40,266 nt of DNA from Gammaproteobacteria bacterium. GTDB taxonomy: Bacteria > Pseudomonadota > Gammaproteobacteria > JAKDMP01. Both the position numbers and the translations under genes were made by a program. The notes beneath the pieces were generated by a model. The model worked only from the letters and a program-made list of their open reading frames with translations, made no database searches and was not told where the DNA came from. The DNA is taken from NCBI GenBank assembly GCA_030452225.1, contig JAKDMP010000003.1, positions 1 to 40,266 on the forward strand. The letters are read 5' to 3'. Each line of letters starts with the position of its first letter. Position 1 is the stretch's first letter. Below, one piece after another: positions 1 through 9,109 of the stretch.

Positions 1-158
1 TGTCCTCGTTGCCGAGAATCGTGACCTTGCGTAATTTCGCATTGCATCCAACGGACAAATCCGGCTCGGGTGCCGAACTTTCCTTTACCGTCACGGCTGA
101 AACCTATCGTTATCGCAGCGATTTGAACGGCGGCGATTCAAAGGATGGGAAACAATGA
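1..158 (+). CDS. pilO: Type IV pilus assembly protein PilO, C-terminal part (5' end outside window)
   Basis: Frame starting at 3 reads SSLPRIVTLRNF...FTVTAETYRYRSD...KQ*. LPRIVTL and TYRY are typical of the PilO C-terminus; the stop overlaps the pilP ATG (ATGA 155-158). Confidence 0.85.
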   Translation, partial: SSLPRIVTLRNFALHPTDKSGSGAELSFTVTAETYRYRSDLNGGDSKDGKQ

Positions 159-694
159 GATTGAACACGCTTCATCATTGCCGATTTGTGTTGGCGGGCG
201 CGTTGGCGCTGACCGGTTGCCTGGTTTTGTCGGGCTGCAGCGACGGCAACATGGATGAGCTGCACACCTGGGTTGCCCAGGTCAAGGCACGCCCCGGGCC
301 GCCGCTGAAACCGATCCCGACCATGCGGCCGTATCAGCCTTACACCTATCCCCAGACGGACTTGCGCTCACCTTTTGTCGAAGTCGCCCCCCAAAGGGTG
401 AGCAAGATACACCCCGATCTGGAGCGGCCAAAAGAGTATCTGGAACGCTTTCCCCTGGACGCGCTCAAGTTTGTCGGGGTCATCACCTTTGGCGGTACGA
501 GATATGCACTGATCCGGGACCCCGAAGGCGTGGTTCACCGCGTCAGCGCAGGGCATTATCTGGGCCAGAACAATGGACGAATCGAGACCATTCTGGGCGG
601 CAAGGTCGAACTTGTCGAAATTGTGCCCAATGGCACCGGCGGCTATATGCGGCGTCCAGCGTCGCTCAAGCTCGCCCAATCAAGCGGAGACTAG
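155..694 (+). CDS. pilP: Type IV pilus assembly lipoprotein PilP
   Basis: Lipobox LSGC; motifs LRSPF, RPKEYLERFPLDALKFVG and GHYLGQNNGRI; lies between pilO and pilQ. Confidence 0.93.
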   Translation: MRLNTLHHCRFVLAGALALTGCLVLSGCSDGNMDELHTWVAQVKARPGPPLKPIPTMRPYQPYTYPQTDLRSPFVEVAPQRVSKIHPDLERPKEYLERFPLDALKFVGVITFGGTRYALIRDPEGVVHRVSAGHYLGQNNGRIETILGGKVELVEIVPNGTGGYMRRPASLKLAQSSGD

Positions 695-695
695 T

Positions 696-2843
696 ATGAA
701 ACGCATCTTTCCAAGGCACGGTACGGCAATGCTTTGCGCCGCTGCGATGTTGATTGGCGGGAGTTTGTCCGGGGCATGGGCTGCGCCCTCCACCACGCGC
801 ACCCTGAATTCAATCCAGACGATTTCGCTTGGCGGCGGCAAGGTCGAAGTGGATCTCGAGCTGAGTGCTCCACCGCCCCAGCCAATCAGCTTCAGCGTCA
901 ACCAACCGGCCATGATCGTCCTGGACCTTCCCGGGACTGCCTCGGCTCTCGAAAAGTCAAGCCAGATCGTGAACGTCGGGGGCATCACGCGCATCGATAC
1001 CGCCTCGACGTCGGGCAAGACACGGGTTGTTATCCATCTGACCGATATGGTCGGCTACCAGACCGAAGCCAAAGGGGATCACATTTACCTCACACTGGGG
1101 GGCGCTACCCATCAAGTTGCCGCGGGCAAGGCCGGCGCGCAACAAACCTTTGGTCCGGTTTCGGGCGCCAGCCCCGGCGCCGCTCCACAGTCCGGCGCCA
1201 TTACGGACGTGACTTTCCATCGTACGCCCGGGGGCGCGGGGCGAATTGAAGTTACGCTCTCCGGCGCCTCGGTTGCGGGAAACGTCAAACGCGAAGGGGA
1301 TCGGGTCATCGTCACTTTTCCCGAGACGGATGTCCCGGCACGCCTGGTCGAGCGCCTGAACGTCACCGATTTTGCCACGCCGGTTACCGCGGTGACGACT
1401 CGAAATACGCAAGCGGGCGCGCGTGTGACAATTCAGACCAGCGAGCCGTTCGAACAACTTGCCTATCAGGCGAATAATACCTTTGCGGTCGTGTTGAAAC
1501 CGGATTCCGCGCAGCAAAAGGCCGCTGCGACGATTGCCGAAAAGCAGTACACGGGGGAAAAACTCACCCTGAACTTCCAGAGCATTCCGGTGCGCTCGGT
1601 ACTCCAGATTCTGGCCGAATTCACGGGCAAAAACATCGTGGTCTCCGGAAGCGTCAACGGCAACATCACTCTGCGGTTGCATGATGTTCCCTGGGACGAG
1701 GCGTTGGATATCATTTTGAAAACCCAGGGCTTGGCCATGCGCAAGGTGGGTGACGTGATCATGATTGCGCCGGCGGTCGAATTTGCCAGGCAGGAAAAAG
1801 CGCGCCTGCAGGCGCAGAGCCAAGTAAACAAACTCGTTCCGTTGCGTACCGCTTACCTGCAGGTCAATTACGCCAAGGCGGCCGATTTGGCGGCCCTGAT
1901 ACAGGCACAGAAGAACTCCCTTCTATCCGACCGGGGTACCGTGACTACCGACAAGCGCACCAATACCCTCATTGTGCGGGATACTCCCAGTCATATATCC
2001 CAAGTGCGCAAGCTGGTCAGTGTGTTGGACATTCCCGTACAACAGGTGCTCATCGAGTCGCGTATCGTCATCGCCCAGAACACCTATGAACGCGATCTTG
2101 GCGTTCGTTTCGGTGCGACGGGCGTGGCCGTCGGTGATAGCAGCACCATCGTAACCACCGGCAGCCTGGACGGCACGAGTACCATGCTCAATGGAAAAAC
2201 CGGGGGCGCGCCCGGCCCTTACCCGGTTCCCCCCGACCTGAACGATCGGCTCAATGTCAATCTGCCGGTAAGCCCTGCCGCGGGTCAATTCGCCATTTCC
2301 ATCCTCAATAGTGCGTTCCAGCTGGATCTGGAATTGTCCGCGATGCAGGCCGAGGGCAAGGGCAAGGTGGTTTCCAGCCCGCGGGTCATTACCGCCGATC
2401 AACAGACGGCAACCATCGAGCAGGGCGTGGAAATCCCGTACCAGAATGCCAGCTCCAGCGGCGCCACGGCGGTGCAATTCAAGAAAGCGGTGATGAGCCT
2501 CGAGGTGACGCCCCAAATTACACCGGACGAGCGCATTTTGATGGCCATAGAAGTGCACAAGGACAGCGTGGGCAAATTCGTGCCCACCGCCAACGGGGGC
2601 CAGGTCCCGAGCATCGACACCCGTACGGTCACCACGAGCGTGCTGGTCAACAATGGCGACACCGTGGTGTTGGGCGGAATTTATGAAATCGAGCAGTCGC
2701 ATTCCACCAACAAGGTTCCGATTCTTGGCGACATTCCGATTCTCGGCTATTTGTTCCGCAGCACCACGACGGTGAACAACAAGAAGGAATTGTTGATCTT
2801 CGTGACGCCGAAGATACTCTCTTCGGAATTGTCTCGACGTTGA
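696..2843 (+). CDS. pilQ: Type IV pilus secretin PilQ
   Basis: Likely start ATG 696 (MKRIF..., signal peptide); AMIN-like N-terminal domains; YTGEKLTLNFQ, VPWDEALD; secretin C-terminal motif KVPILGDIPILGYLFRS...ELLIFVTPKI. Confidence 0.96.
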   Translation: MKRIFPRHGTAMLCAAAMLIGGSLSGAWAAPSTTRTLNSIQTISLGGGKVEVDLELSAPPPQPISFSVNQPAMIVLDLPGTASALEKSSQIVNVGGITRIDTASTSGKTRVVIHLTDMVGYQTEAKGDHIYLTLGGATHQVAAGKAGAQQTFGPVSGASPGAAPQSGAITDVTFHRTPGGAGRIEVTLSGASVAGNVKREGDRVIVTFPETDVPARLVERLNVTDFATPVTAVTTRNTQAGARVTIQTSEPFEQLAYQANNTFAVVLKPDSAQQKAAATIAEKQYTGEKLTLNFQSIPVRSVLQILAEFTGKNIVVSGSVNGNITLRLHDVPWDEALDIILKTQGLAMRKVGDVIMIAPAVEFARQEKARLQAQSQVNKLVPLRTAYLQVNYAKAADLAALIQAQKNSLLSDRGTVTTDKRTNTLIVRDTPSHISQVRKLVSVLDIPVQQVLIESRIVIAQNTYERDLGVRFGATGVAVGDSSTIVTTGSLDGTSTMLNGKTGGAPGPYPVPPDLNDRLNVNLPVSPAAGQFAISILNSAFQLDLELSAMQAEGKGKVVSSPRVITADQQTATIEQGVEIPYQNASSSGATAVQFKKAVMSLEVTPQITPDERILMAIEVHKDSVGKFVPTANGGQVPSIDTRTVTTSVLVNNGDTVVLGGIYEIEQSHSTNKVPILGDIPILGYLFRSTTTVNNKKELLIFVTPKILSSELSRR

Positions 2844-2879
2844 TGCAAGCGCGGAGCGGTCTTTGAAATGGAGAAGAGC

Positions 2880-4661
2880 ATGAAATGCAAATTCGGAGTC
2901 ATCGGTGCGCTGGGAATTTCGCTCCTGATTGCCGGTTGCGGTGGAGGTAGTCTGAACGGAGGCGATGAGCCGCCGCCCCCGATCGAGTCGGCAGTCCAGC
3001 TTGGCAGCGTCGTCGGCGGCGCGTTCCAGGCAGGGGTACTGGAAATAACTACTCCACAATTGTCGGCGGGCGGCTCGACGACCGTCTCGGCAGCGTTGCA
3101 ATACACCGATGGTACGCCGTACACGGGCTCCGCCACCATCACGTTTACTTCTTCCTGCTACCAGAACGGACTGGCAACTTTTACGGTCGACGGCGAGGCA
3201 ACCAACGCTGTGACCACGGCCACCGGACAGGCAAATATTACTTATTCGGCCAAAGGTTGCAGCGGGTCGGATACGATCACCGCGACGACCAGCATTGACG
3301 CCGACACCCTGACCGCCACCGGCGTTGTCACGGTGGCGCCGGCCAGCGTGGGATTCATCCAGTTCGTTTCCGCCACCCCCGATATCATCTCCTTGAATGG
3401 CACCGGGGGGCCGCAGACCTCGACGGTGATTTTCCAGGTCACAAACTCTTCCGGCGGACCCGTACCCGGAGCCAGAGTGGAGTTTTCACTCGACACAACG
3501 GTCGGCGGCATTACCCTGGCGCCCTCGAGCGCCACCACGGGCAACAACGGCCAGGCGCAAACGATTGTAAGGGCGGGAACGCAGCACACCACCGTGCGCG
3601 TGACGGCCACCGTCCACACCGACGACGGCAGAACCATCTCCACCCAGTCGCCGGGGATCGTCATCAGCACCGGTATTCCGACGCAGAAGCATTTCTCGCT
3701 TTCCCTCTCGAAGCATAATCTGGAAGGCTTCAATACCGACGGCCTGACCTCGAGCGTGCAGGTCATTCTTTCCGATCGGTTCGGCAATCCGGTTCCGGAT
3801 GGCACCCAGATCGCATTTACCACCAATGGCGGGCAGATCGGTCCATCGTGTACTACCCTTGGCGGTAGTTGCTCGGTACCTTGGACGAGCGCCAATCCAC
3901 GCCCCTCAAACGGCCCTCTGTCCGTCATCGGGCATGCGACGATTCTTGCCTATGCCACCGGCGAGGAGAGTTTTACCGACGTCAACGGCGACGGCATCTT
4001 CAACGTCGCGAACGGAGTAGCGGATACGTTCAGTCTGGTCCCGAATCCGGGGGCGCCGAACAATCCCGGCGACAATTTCTACGGCATGCCGACGGCGGAC
4101 GAAATTGGAGAGGTGTACCTGGACCAGAATCAGAACGGGGCATACGATCTGGGGGAATTCTTCTTCGACTTCAACCATGACAGCGTGCGCAACAACCCCG
4201 GCTGGGAGCTGGCCGCCAAGGGCGCTCGTCAATATCACGGTTACGGTTGCGAGGGGCCGGTCCCGGTCCCGGATCCGAACAACCCGGGTGCAACGATCCC
4301 GGTCCAATGCGGAACCTCGACGGTGGGCGTGGGGCTGGAGGATTGCATCGTAATGACGACTTCGGCCGTCGTTATCAGCGGGCCGGGCAACCTCAATCCC
4401 GGCCAGAGCGTCACGTATTCCGTGTCGGATTTGAACGGCAACGTACCGCCGGCGGGCATGCAGTTTACCATCCTTGCCAATGGCGCCGACGCGAGCGTCC
4501 TGCAGGAGGAGGTGCCCGATATCGGGGGTTGCCCCATACCGCCCGCCGCCTACACGATCAATGTCACCGTTTCCGCTACGTCCCAGCCGGGAAGCTTTCG
4601 AATCCAGGCCGTATCCCCCCAAGGGCTCGTGAGTTACAGCAACGCGATCACCGTGAACTGA
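2880..4661 (+). CDS. Predicted outer-membrane lipoprotein with bacterial Ig-like (Big_1/invasin-type) domains
   Basis: GGAGAAG upstream of ATG 2880; lipobox LIAG-C then GGGS; Thr/Gly-rich beta repeats (FQVTNSSGGPVPGARVEFS; LSDRFGNPVPDGTQIAFTT); DxNxxG loops in the C-terminal half. Confidence 0.75.
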   Translation: MKCKFGVIGALGISLLIAGCGGGSLNGGDEPPPPIESAVQLGSVVGGAFQAGVLEITTPQLSAGGSTTVSAALQYTDGTPYTGSATITFTSSCYQNGLATFTVDGEATNAVTTATGQANITYSAKGCSGSDTITATTSIDADTLTATGVVTVAPASVGFIQFVSATPDIISLNGTGGPQTSTVIFQVTNSSGGPVPGARVEFSLDTTVGGITLAPSSATTGNNGQAQTIVRAGTQHTTVRVTATVHTDDGRTISTQSPGIVISTGIPTQKHFSLSLSKHNLEGFNTDGLTSSVQVILSDRFGNPVPDGTQIAFTTNGGQIGPSCTTLGGSCSVPWTSANPRPSNGPLSVIGHATILAYATGEESFTDVNGDGIFNVANGVADTFSLVPNPGAPNNPGDNFYGMPTADEIGEVYLDQNQNGAYDLGEFFFDFNHDSVRNNPGWELAAKGARQYHGYGCEGPVPVPDPNNPGATIPVQCGTSTVGVGLEDCIVMTTSAVVISGPGNLNPGQSVTYSVSDLNGNVPPAGMQFTILANGADASVLQEEVPDIGGCPIPPAAYTINVTVSATSQPGSFRIQAVSPQGLVSYSNAITVN

Positions 4662-4683
4662 TACCTGCCGCTTGCGTGATCGC

Positions 4684-5241
4684 ATGGCGGATGCATCCAT
4701 CTCCACGGCCCGGCGCCATGCGGGCAAGCGCTTGGCCCTTGTCGGTCTGCCGGGCAGCGGCAAGACGACGGTCGGGCGGCTGCTTGCCCACAGGCTGGGC
4801 TTCGGGTTTTGCGATTGCGATGCCAGGTTCGAGACGGATACGGGTTGGACCATCGGCGCATGGGTTGCCGAAAACGGCTGGCCGGCTTTCCGTGCCCGCG
4901 AAAGCGATCTCCTGCTCGCCGTGTTGAAGCGCGACCAATGTGTAATCGCCACCGGAGGCGGCGTGGTGGAATACGAGAAGAACCGCTCGGCGCTGGCCGG
5001 GCGTTCCAGGGTGGTTTGGCTCGACGCGCCGATCGCCGTACTGCAGTCGCGGCTTTCCTCGGCGCCGGCCCGACCGCTTTTGGGAGGCAAGCCGAATCGG
5101 CTCCTGGCCGATCTCGCGCGGCAGCGTGAGCCGCTGTACCGGGAAATTGCCGATTTTGTCGTCGCGGCCGGCAGTGAGGGCCCCGAGGGCGTTGTGGACC
5201 GCGTCGTCCATGGTCTCAACCTGTCCCGTGACCGGGCATGA
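4684..5241 (+). CDS. aroK: Shikimate kinase
   Basis: Walker A GLPGSGKTTVG, FRARE, VIATGGG, RPLL, REPLY; directly upstream of aroB. Start codon uncertain (4672 or 4684). Confidence 0.93.
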   Translation: MADASISTARRHAGKRLALVGLPGSGKTTVGRLLAHRLGFGFCDCDARFETDTGWTIGAWVAENGWPAFRARESDLLLAVLKRDQCVIATGGGVVEYEKNRSALAGRSRVVWLDAPIAVLQSRLSSAPARPLLGGKPNRLLADLARQREPLYREIADFVVAAGSEGPEGVVDRVVHGLNLSRDRA

Positions 5242-6332
5242 GCGGTTTCGAGTTGGCAGTCGAGGGAATCGATTACCCGGTATGGGTCGGCGCACGTGAA
5301 GAGATCGATGACAGGTTGAATCGGCTGATTGCGGGCCGGGACCTTCTGGTGGTGACCGACGGCAACGTCGCCTCCGTTCATCTGGAATCGTTTCGGGCCT
5401 CGTTTGCGTCCGCTGCACGCCTGGAGACGCTCGTGCTGCCTCCCGGAGAAAGTGAAAAGACCCTGGCCGGGTTCGAGCGGATCATCGCCGCGCTGGTCGC
5501 CGGCAGATTTCACCGCGACGCCGTGGTGGTGGCGCTGGGCGGCGGCGTGGTGGGAGACACGGCAGGTTTTGCCGCCGCCTGTTATCAGCGCGGGGTGGAC
5601 TGGATTGCCGTGCCGACGACCTTGCTTGCGCAGGTGGACGCTGCGCTTGGCGGCAAGACCGCCGTCAACCATCCGGCAGGCAAAAACCTCGTGGGCGCCT
5701 TCCACGATCCGGTGGCGGTATGGATCGACCCCGCGACACTGGCCAGCTTGCCGCCACGCGAACTCCGCGCCGGCTTCGGTGAAGTGGTCAAATACGGACT
5801 GGGTTTCGATGCCGGTTTTTTTGCGTGGCTGGAAGATCATGCCGAAGCGCTGGGCATGGGCGAGCAGGCCGGGTTCGCCGCGGTGGTTGAGCATTGCGCG
5901 CGCATCAAGCTCAAAATCGTGGCGGCGGATCGCACCGAACACAGCGAACAGGGCGGGCGTGTATTGCTCAATCTCGGTCATACCCTGGGACATGCGCTGG
6001 AAACCGCACTGGGCCACGGCTATTGGTTGCACGGCGAGGCGGTGGCCGTCGGGCTTGTGGTTGCTGCGGAACTTTCCCGCGCCCGCCGCAGGATTGACCC
6101 CGATTTGCCGACACGGCTTCGCCGCTTGTTGCACGCGCTGCATTTGCCCGCGGCAATTCCTGATGCGCTCGAAACGGAGTCGCTCATGCAGGGCCTTGCG
6201 CTCGACAAGAAGATCGCAGGGGGCAGGCTGCGCTTTGTCGGGCTGGAAGCACCGGGGCGTGCAGTGGCCTGGAACGATGTGGCCGCGGATGAGCTCGAGC
6301 AGGCCATCGATGCCGCCCGTACCCGCCCATGA
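5238..6332 (+). CDS. aroB: 3-dehydroquinate synthase
   Basis: GGGVVGD, PTTLLAQVDAALGGKT, GKNLVGAFH, LNLGHTLGHALE, LHGEAVAVG, DKK motifs. Confidence 0.96.
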   Translation: MSGFELAVEGIDYPVWVGAREEIDDRLNRLIAGRDLLVVTDGNVASVHLESFRASFASAARLETLVLPPGESEKTLAGFERIIAALVAGRFHRDAVVVALGGGVVGDTAGFAAACYQRGVDWIAVPTTLLAQVDAALGGKTAVNHPAGKNLVGAFHDPVAVWIDPATLASLPPRELRAGFGEVVKYGLGFDAGFFAWLEDHAEALGMGEQAGFAAVVEHCARIKLKIVAADRTEHSEQGGRVLLNLGHTLGHALETALGHGYWLHGEAVAVGLVVAAELSRARRRIDPDLPTRLRRLLHALHLPAAIPDALETESLMQGLALDKKIAGGRLRFVGLEAPGRAVAWNDVAADELEQAIDAARTRP

Positions 6333-6369
6333 AGGCGTGCAGCGGGCGCCTGACTGGATTGATCCCATA

Positions 6370-6431
6370 GGGCACACAGAACGCAGAGCTTGCCGAGTGC
6401 GAGTATTCGCCTCCGTGCGTTCTGCGTACCC
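6370..6431. repeat. Intergenic inverted repeat (REP-like hairpin)
   Basis: GGGCACACAGAACGCA (6370-6385) vs TGCGTTCTGCGTACCC (6416-6431), 14/16 complementary, with an inner GCGA-GTAT-TCGC hairpin. Confidence 0.55.
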
Positions 6432-6514
6432 GCCGGTGAACCATGAGCGGATACAGGTTCAAGGTTCTTCCGTCATTGCCTTACAATTTGCAGTGCTGGT
6501 TCGGGAATTTAGCC

Positions 6515-7222
6515 ATGACGACGACAGTCGATGCGCGTGAAAGACTGATTTTTGCGCTCGATGTGCCCACGATCGAGGAAGCCGAGGCTCTGGTCGGTCG
6601 GCTGGGTGATGCCGTCGTGTTCTACAAAATCGGGTTGGAGTTGTTCACGGCGGGAGACGCCGCGGGTTTCGTGCGTCTCCTCAAGCAGGCGGGCAAAAAG
6701 GTGTTTGTCGATCTCAAGCTGTTTGATGTGCCGGCAACGGTGGGGCGTGCGGTGGCGCGGCTGGCCGAACTCGAGGTGGATTTTTTGAGCGTGCACGGCA
6801 ACCAGGCGATGATGGAAGCCGCCGCCGCAGCCAGGGGATCGAGCAGGGTGCTGGCGGTGACGGCGCTTACCAGCCTCGACGAGGGCGATATGCGCGATCT
6901 GGGGTTCCCGTGCGAAATTCTCGAACTGGTGGCCTCGCGTGCGCGCCGCGCCATGGAAGCAGGGCTCGACGGAGTCATTGCTTCCGCGCGCGAGGCCGCC
7001 ATGCTGCGCGCCGAATTGGGCTCGCGGCTGATGGTGGTCACGCCCGGCATCCGGCCCGTCGCCAACCGCGAGGAGGACGATCAAAAGCGCGTCATGACGC
7101 CCGCCGAAGCCATTCGGGCGGGTGCGGATCACCTCGTCGTCGGCCGGCCGATCCGCGACGCGGCCGACCCGTCTGCCGCCGCCGAGGCCATCGTGGCCGA
7201 AATAGCGGCCGCATTGTCTTGA
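6515..7222 (+). CDS. pyrF: Orotidine-5'-phosphate decarboxylase
   Basis: LIFALD, YKIGLEL, catalytic DLKLFDVPATV, VTPGIRP, DDQKRV, LVVGRPI. Likely start ATG 6515. Confidence 0.96.
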   Translation: MTTTVDARERLIFALDVPTIEEAEALVGRLGDAVVFYKIGLELFTAGDAAGFVRLLKQAGKKVFVDLKLFDVPATVGRAVARLAELEVDFLSVHGNQAMMEAAAAARGSSRVLAVTALTSLDEGDMRDLGFPCEILELVASRARRAMEAGLDGVIASAREAAMLRAELGSRLMVVTPGIRPVANREEDDQKRVMTPAEAIRAGADHLVVGRPIRDAADPSAAAEAIVAEIAAALS

Positions 7223-8268
7223 GTTCGCGCCACGACTTCATTCGCGCGCTCAGGCGCGAGCCGGTCACGCGCCGCCCCGTGTGGTTGATGCGCCAGGCGG
7301 GGCGCTACTTGCCGGAATACCGGGCGCTACGCCAGCACGCCGGCGGTTTTCTCGACCTGCTGAAAAATCCCGACAACGCCTGCGAAGTGACCCTTCAGCC
7401 GGTGCGCCGCTTCGATCTCGATGCGGCGATCCTGTTCGCGGACATCCTCACCATTCCCGATGCGATGGGGCTCGGCCTCGAATTCGTGGCCGGCCGTGGA
7501 CCGCTGTTCAGGCGCTCCATTTCCCGCCTGACCGAGGCGCGTGCTCTGCCCGTCCCCGACCCGCAGACCGATCTGGCCTATGTGCTGGATACGGTGAAAA
7601 TCGTGACGCAGGAACTCGATGGTCGCCTGCCGCTGATCGGTTTTGCCGGCGGCCCCTGGACGCTCGCCGCCTACATGCTCGAGGGGGGCGGTGGGGCGCG
7701 CGAATTCCCCCGTGCCCGCGCAGTGGTCAATGCGCAGCCGGAATTGGTCGAGGTTCTTGCGGCGAAACTGGTACCGGCAACGATCGCTTATCTCCTCGCC
7801 CAGGCGCGGGCCGGGGCCGAGGCCCTCATGCTGTTCGAAAGCTGGGCCGGGCTGCTCGCGCCGGAGGGTTTCCGTCGCCATGTTCTGGCGCCGCTCGAGG
7901 AGATTGTGACCGTCGTCAAGGCGGACCCCGCTGCGCAGGACAAACCCATGATTCTCTTCGCGAAGGGCGCGGGCCAGCATGCCGCGGCGCTCGGCGGGCT
8001 CGGCGCAGAAGCTTTGGGCGTGGATTGGACCGTGAGCCTTGCAGACGTTCGCCGCGCGACCAACAACCATGTGGCGTTGCAGGGCAATCTCGATCCTGCG
8101 GCCCTGCTTGCGCCGGAAGATGCCTTGCGTGCCGCCGTGCGAGCCGTAATTGCGGACTTCGGTCCGGGACCCGGCCATGTGTTCAATCTCGGCCATGGCG
8201 TGACGCCCGATGTCGATCCGGAGAGGGTCGGGGCGTTGGTCGATGAAGTGCATGGTGCGCCGGTCTGA
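7219..8268 (+). CDS. hemE: Uroporphyrinogen decarboxylase
   Basis: PVWLMRQAGRYLPEY, DAAILFADIL, LIGFAGGPWTLAAY, LQGNLDP, HVFNLGHG; TTG start overlapping the pyrF stop (TTGA). Confidence 0.96.
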   Translation: MSSRHDFIRALRREPVTRRPVWLMRQAGRYLPEYRALRQHAGGFLDLLKNPDNACEVTLQPVRRFDLDAAILFADILTIPDAMGLGLEFVAGRGPLFRRSISRLTEARALPVPDPQTDLAYVLDTVKIVTQELDGRLPLIGFAGGPWTLAAYMLEGGGGAREFPRARAVVNAQPELVEVLAAKLVPATIAYLLAQARAGAEALMLFESWAGLLAPEGFRRHVLAPLEEIVTVVKADPAAQDKPMILFAKGAGQHAAALGGLGAEALGVDWTVSLADVRRATNNHVALQGNLDPAALLAPEDALRAAVRAVIADFGPGPGHVFNLGHGVTPDVDPERVGALVDEVHGAPV

Positions 8269-8270
8269 CC

Positions 8271-8277
8271 CTATAAT
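8271..8277 (+). promoter_or_regulatory. Candidate -10 element (CTATAAT) for the SDR-GH15 unit
   Basis: Consensus TATAAT at 8272-8277 with a preceding C, 30 bp upstream of ATG 8308; no clear -35. Confidence 0.4.
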
Positions 8278-8307
8278 CGGGCTCGTACTTATTGAACAGG
8301 GAACCTC

Positions 8308-9096
8308 ATGGAAATGGATTTGAAAGACAAAAGGGCATTGGTGACCGGCGGAAATTCGGGGATCGGCAAGGCCATCGCCGAAGCATTCGCCGCGGCGGGC
8401 GCCCGCGTCGCCATCAACTATGTGGCTCACCCCGAGGCGGCCAAGACGATGTGCACGGCGATCAATCGCGGGCGCAGGGAGGAATCGGCGATTGCCATCG
8501 AGGCCGATGTGTCCGATCCGTCCGCCGTCGAGGCCATGTTTGCCGAAGTGGACACACACTGGAACGGCGTGGATATTCTCGTCAACAACGCGGGTATCGA
8601 CGGGGCGCGCAACGTCGGTTGGGAGGCGGAGCCCGATGCGTGGCGAAAGACGGTCGAGATCAACCTGTTCGGTGCGTTCTACTGCGCACGCGAGGCCATG
8701 CGGCGCATGGTGGCGCAAAAGCAGGGCGTGGTGATCAACATGAGTTCGGTGCACGAAGTCATCCCCTGGGGCGGCTATTCCGCCTATGCCGCCAGCAAGG
8801 CGGGCGTTTCCATGCTGACGAAAACGCTGGCCCAGGAGGCCGGCGAGCATGGCGTGCGCGTAGTGGCGATTGCGCCCGGCGCGGTCAAGACGCCCATCAA
8901 CCGCTCGGTGTGGTCCGACCAGAAGGGGCTTGCCGATCTCCTCGACAAGATCCCGGCAGGCGATCTCGGCTTGCCGGAAGATATTGCCCGCATGGCGCTC
9001 ATGCTCGCCTCCGATGCCAGCCGCTATGTGACGGGCACCACGGTGTTCGTGGACGGCGGCATGACGCTTTATCCCTCGTTTCGACACGGCGGCTAG
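8308..9096 (+). CDS. SDR family oxidoreductase, glucose 1-dehydrogenase-like
   Basis: TGGNSGIG, VNNAG, NMSSVHEVIPW, YAASK, APGAVKTPIN and C-terminal VDGGMTLYPSF, the last characteristic of glucose 1-dehydrogenase-type SDRs. Confidence 0.88.
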   Translation: MEMDLKDKRALVTGGNSGIGKAIAEAFAAAGARVAINYVAHPEAAKTMCTAINRGRREESAIAIEADVSDPSAVEAMFAEVDTHWNGVDILVNNAGIDGARNVGWEAEPDAWRKTVEINLFGAFYCAREAMRRMVAQKQGVVINMSSVHEVIPWGGYSAYAASKAGVSMLTKTLAQEAGEHGVRVVAIAPGAVKTPINRSVWSDQKGLADLLDKIPAGDLGLPEDIARMALMLASDASRYVTGTTVFVDGGMTLYPSFRHGG

Positions 9097-9109
9097 AAGG
9101 AGACCGGAT

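Noticed and set aside
573-695. N-terminal extension of PilQ in the ORF track
   Set aside because: It overlaps pilP; the signal peptide begins at ATG 696.
3906-6377. 823-aa minus-strand ORF, and similar long ORFs such as 7327-9141, 8999-10612, 15007-17100, 18397-20301, 24935-26548, 30579-31613 and 33382-34638
   Set aside because: Antisense shadows of well-supported genes in high-GC DNA; no recognisable motifs.
6910-7218. N-terminal extension of HemE
   Set aside because: It lies inside pyrF; similarity begins at the TTG at 7219.
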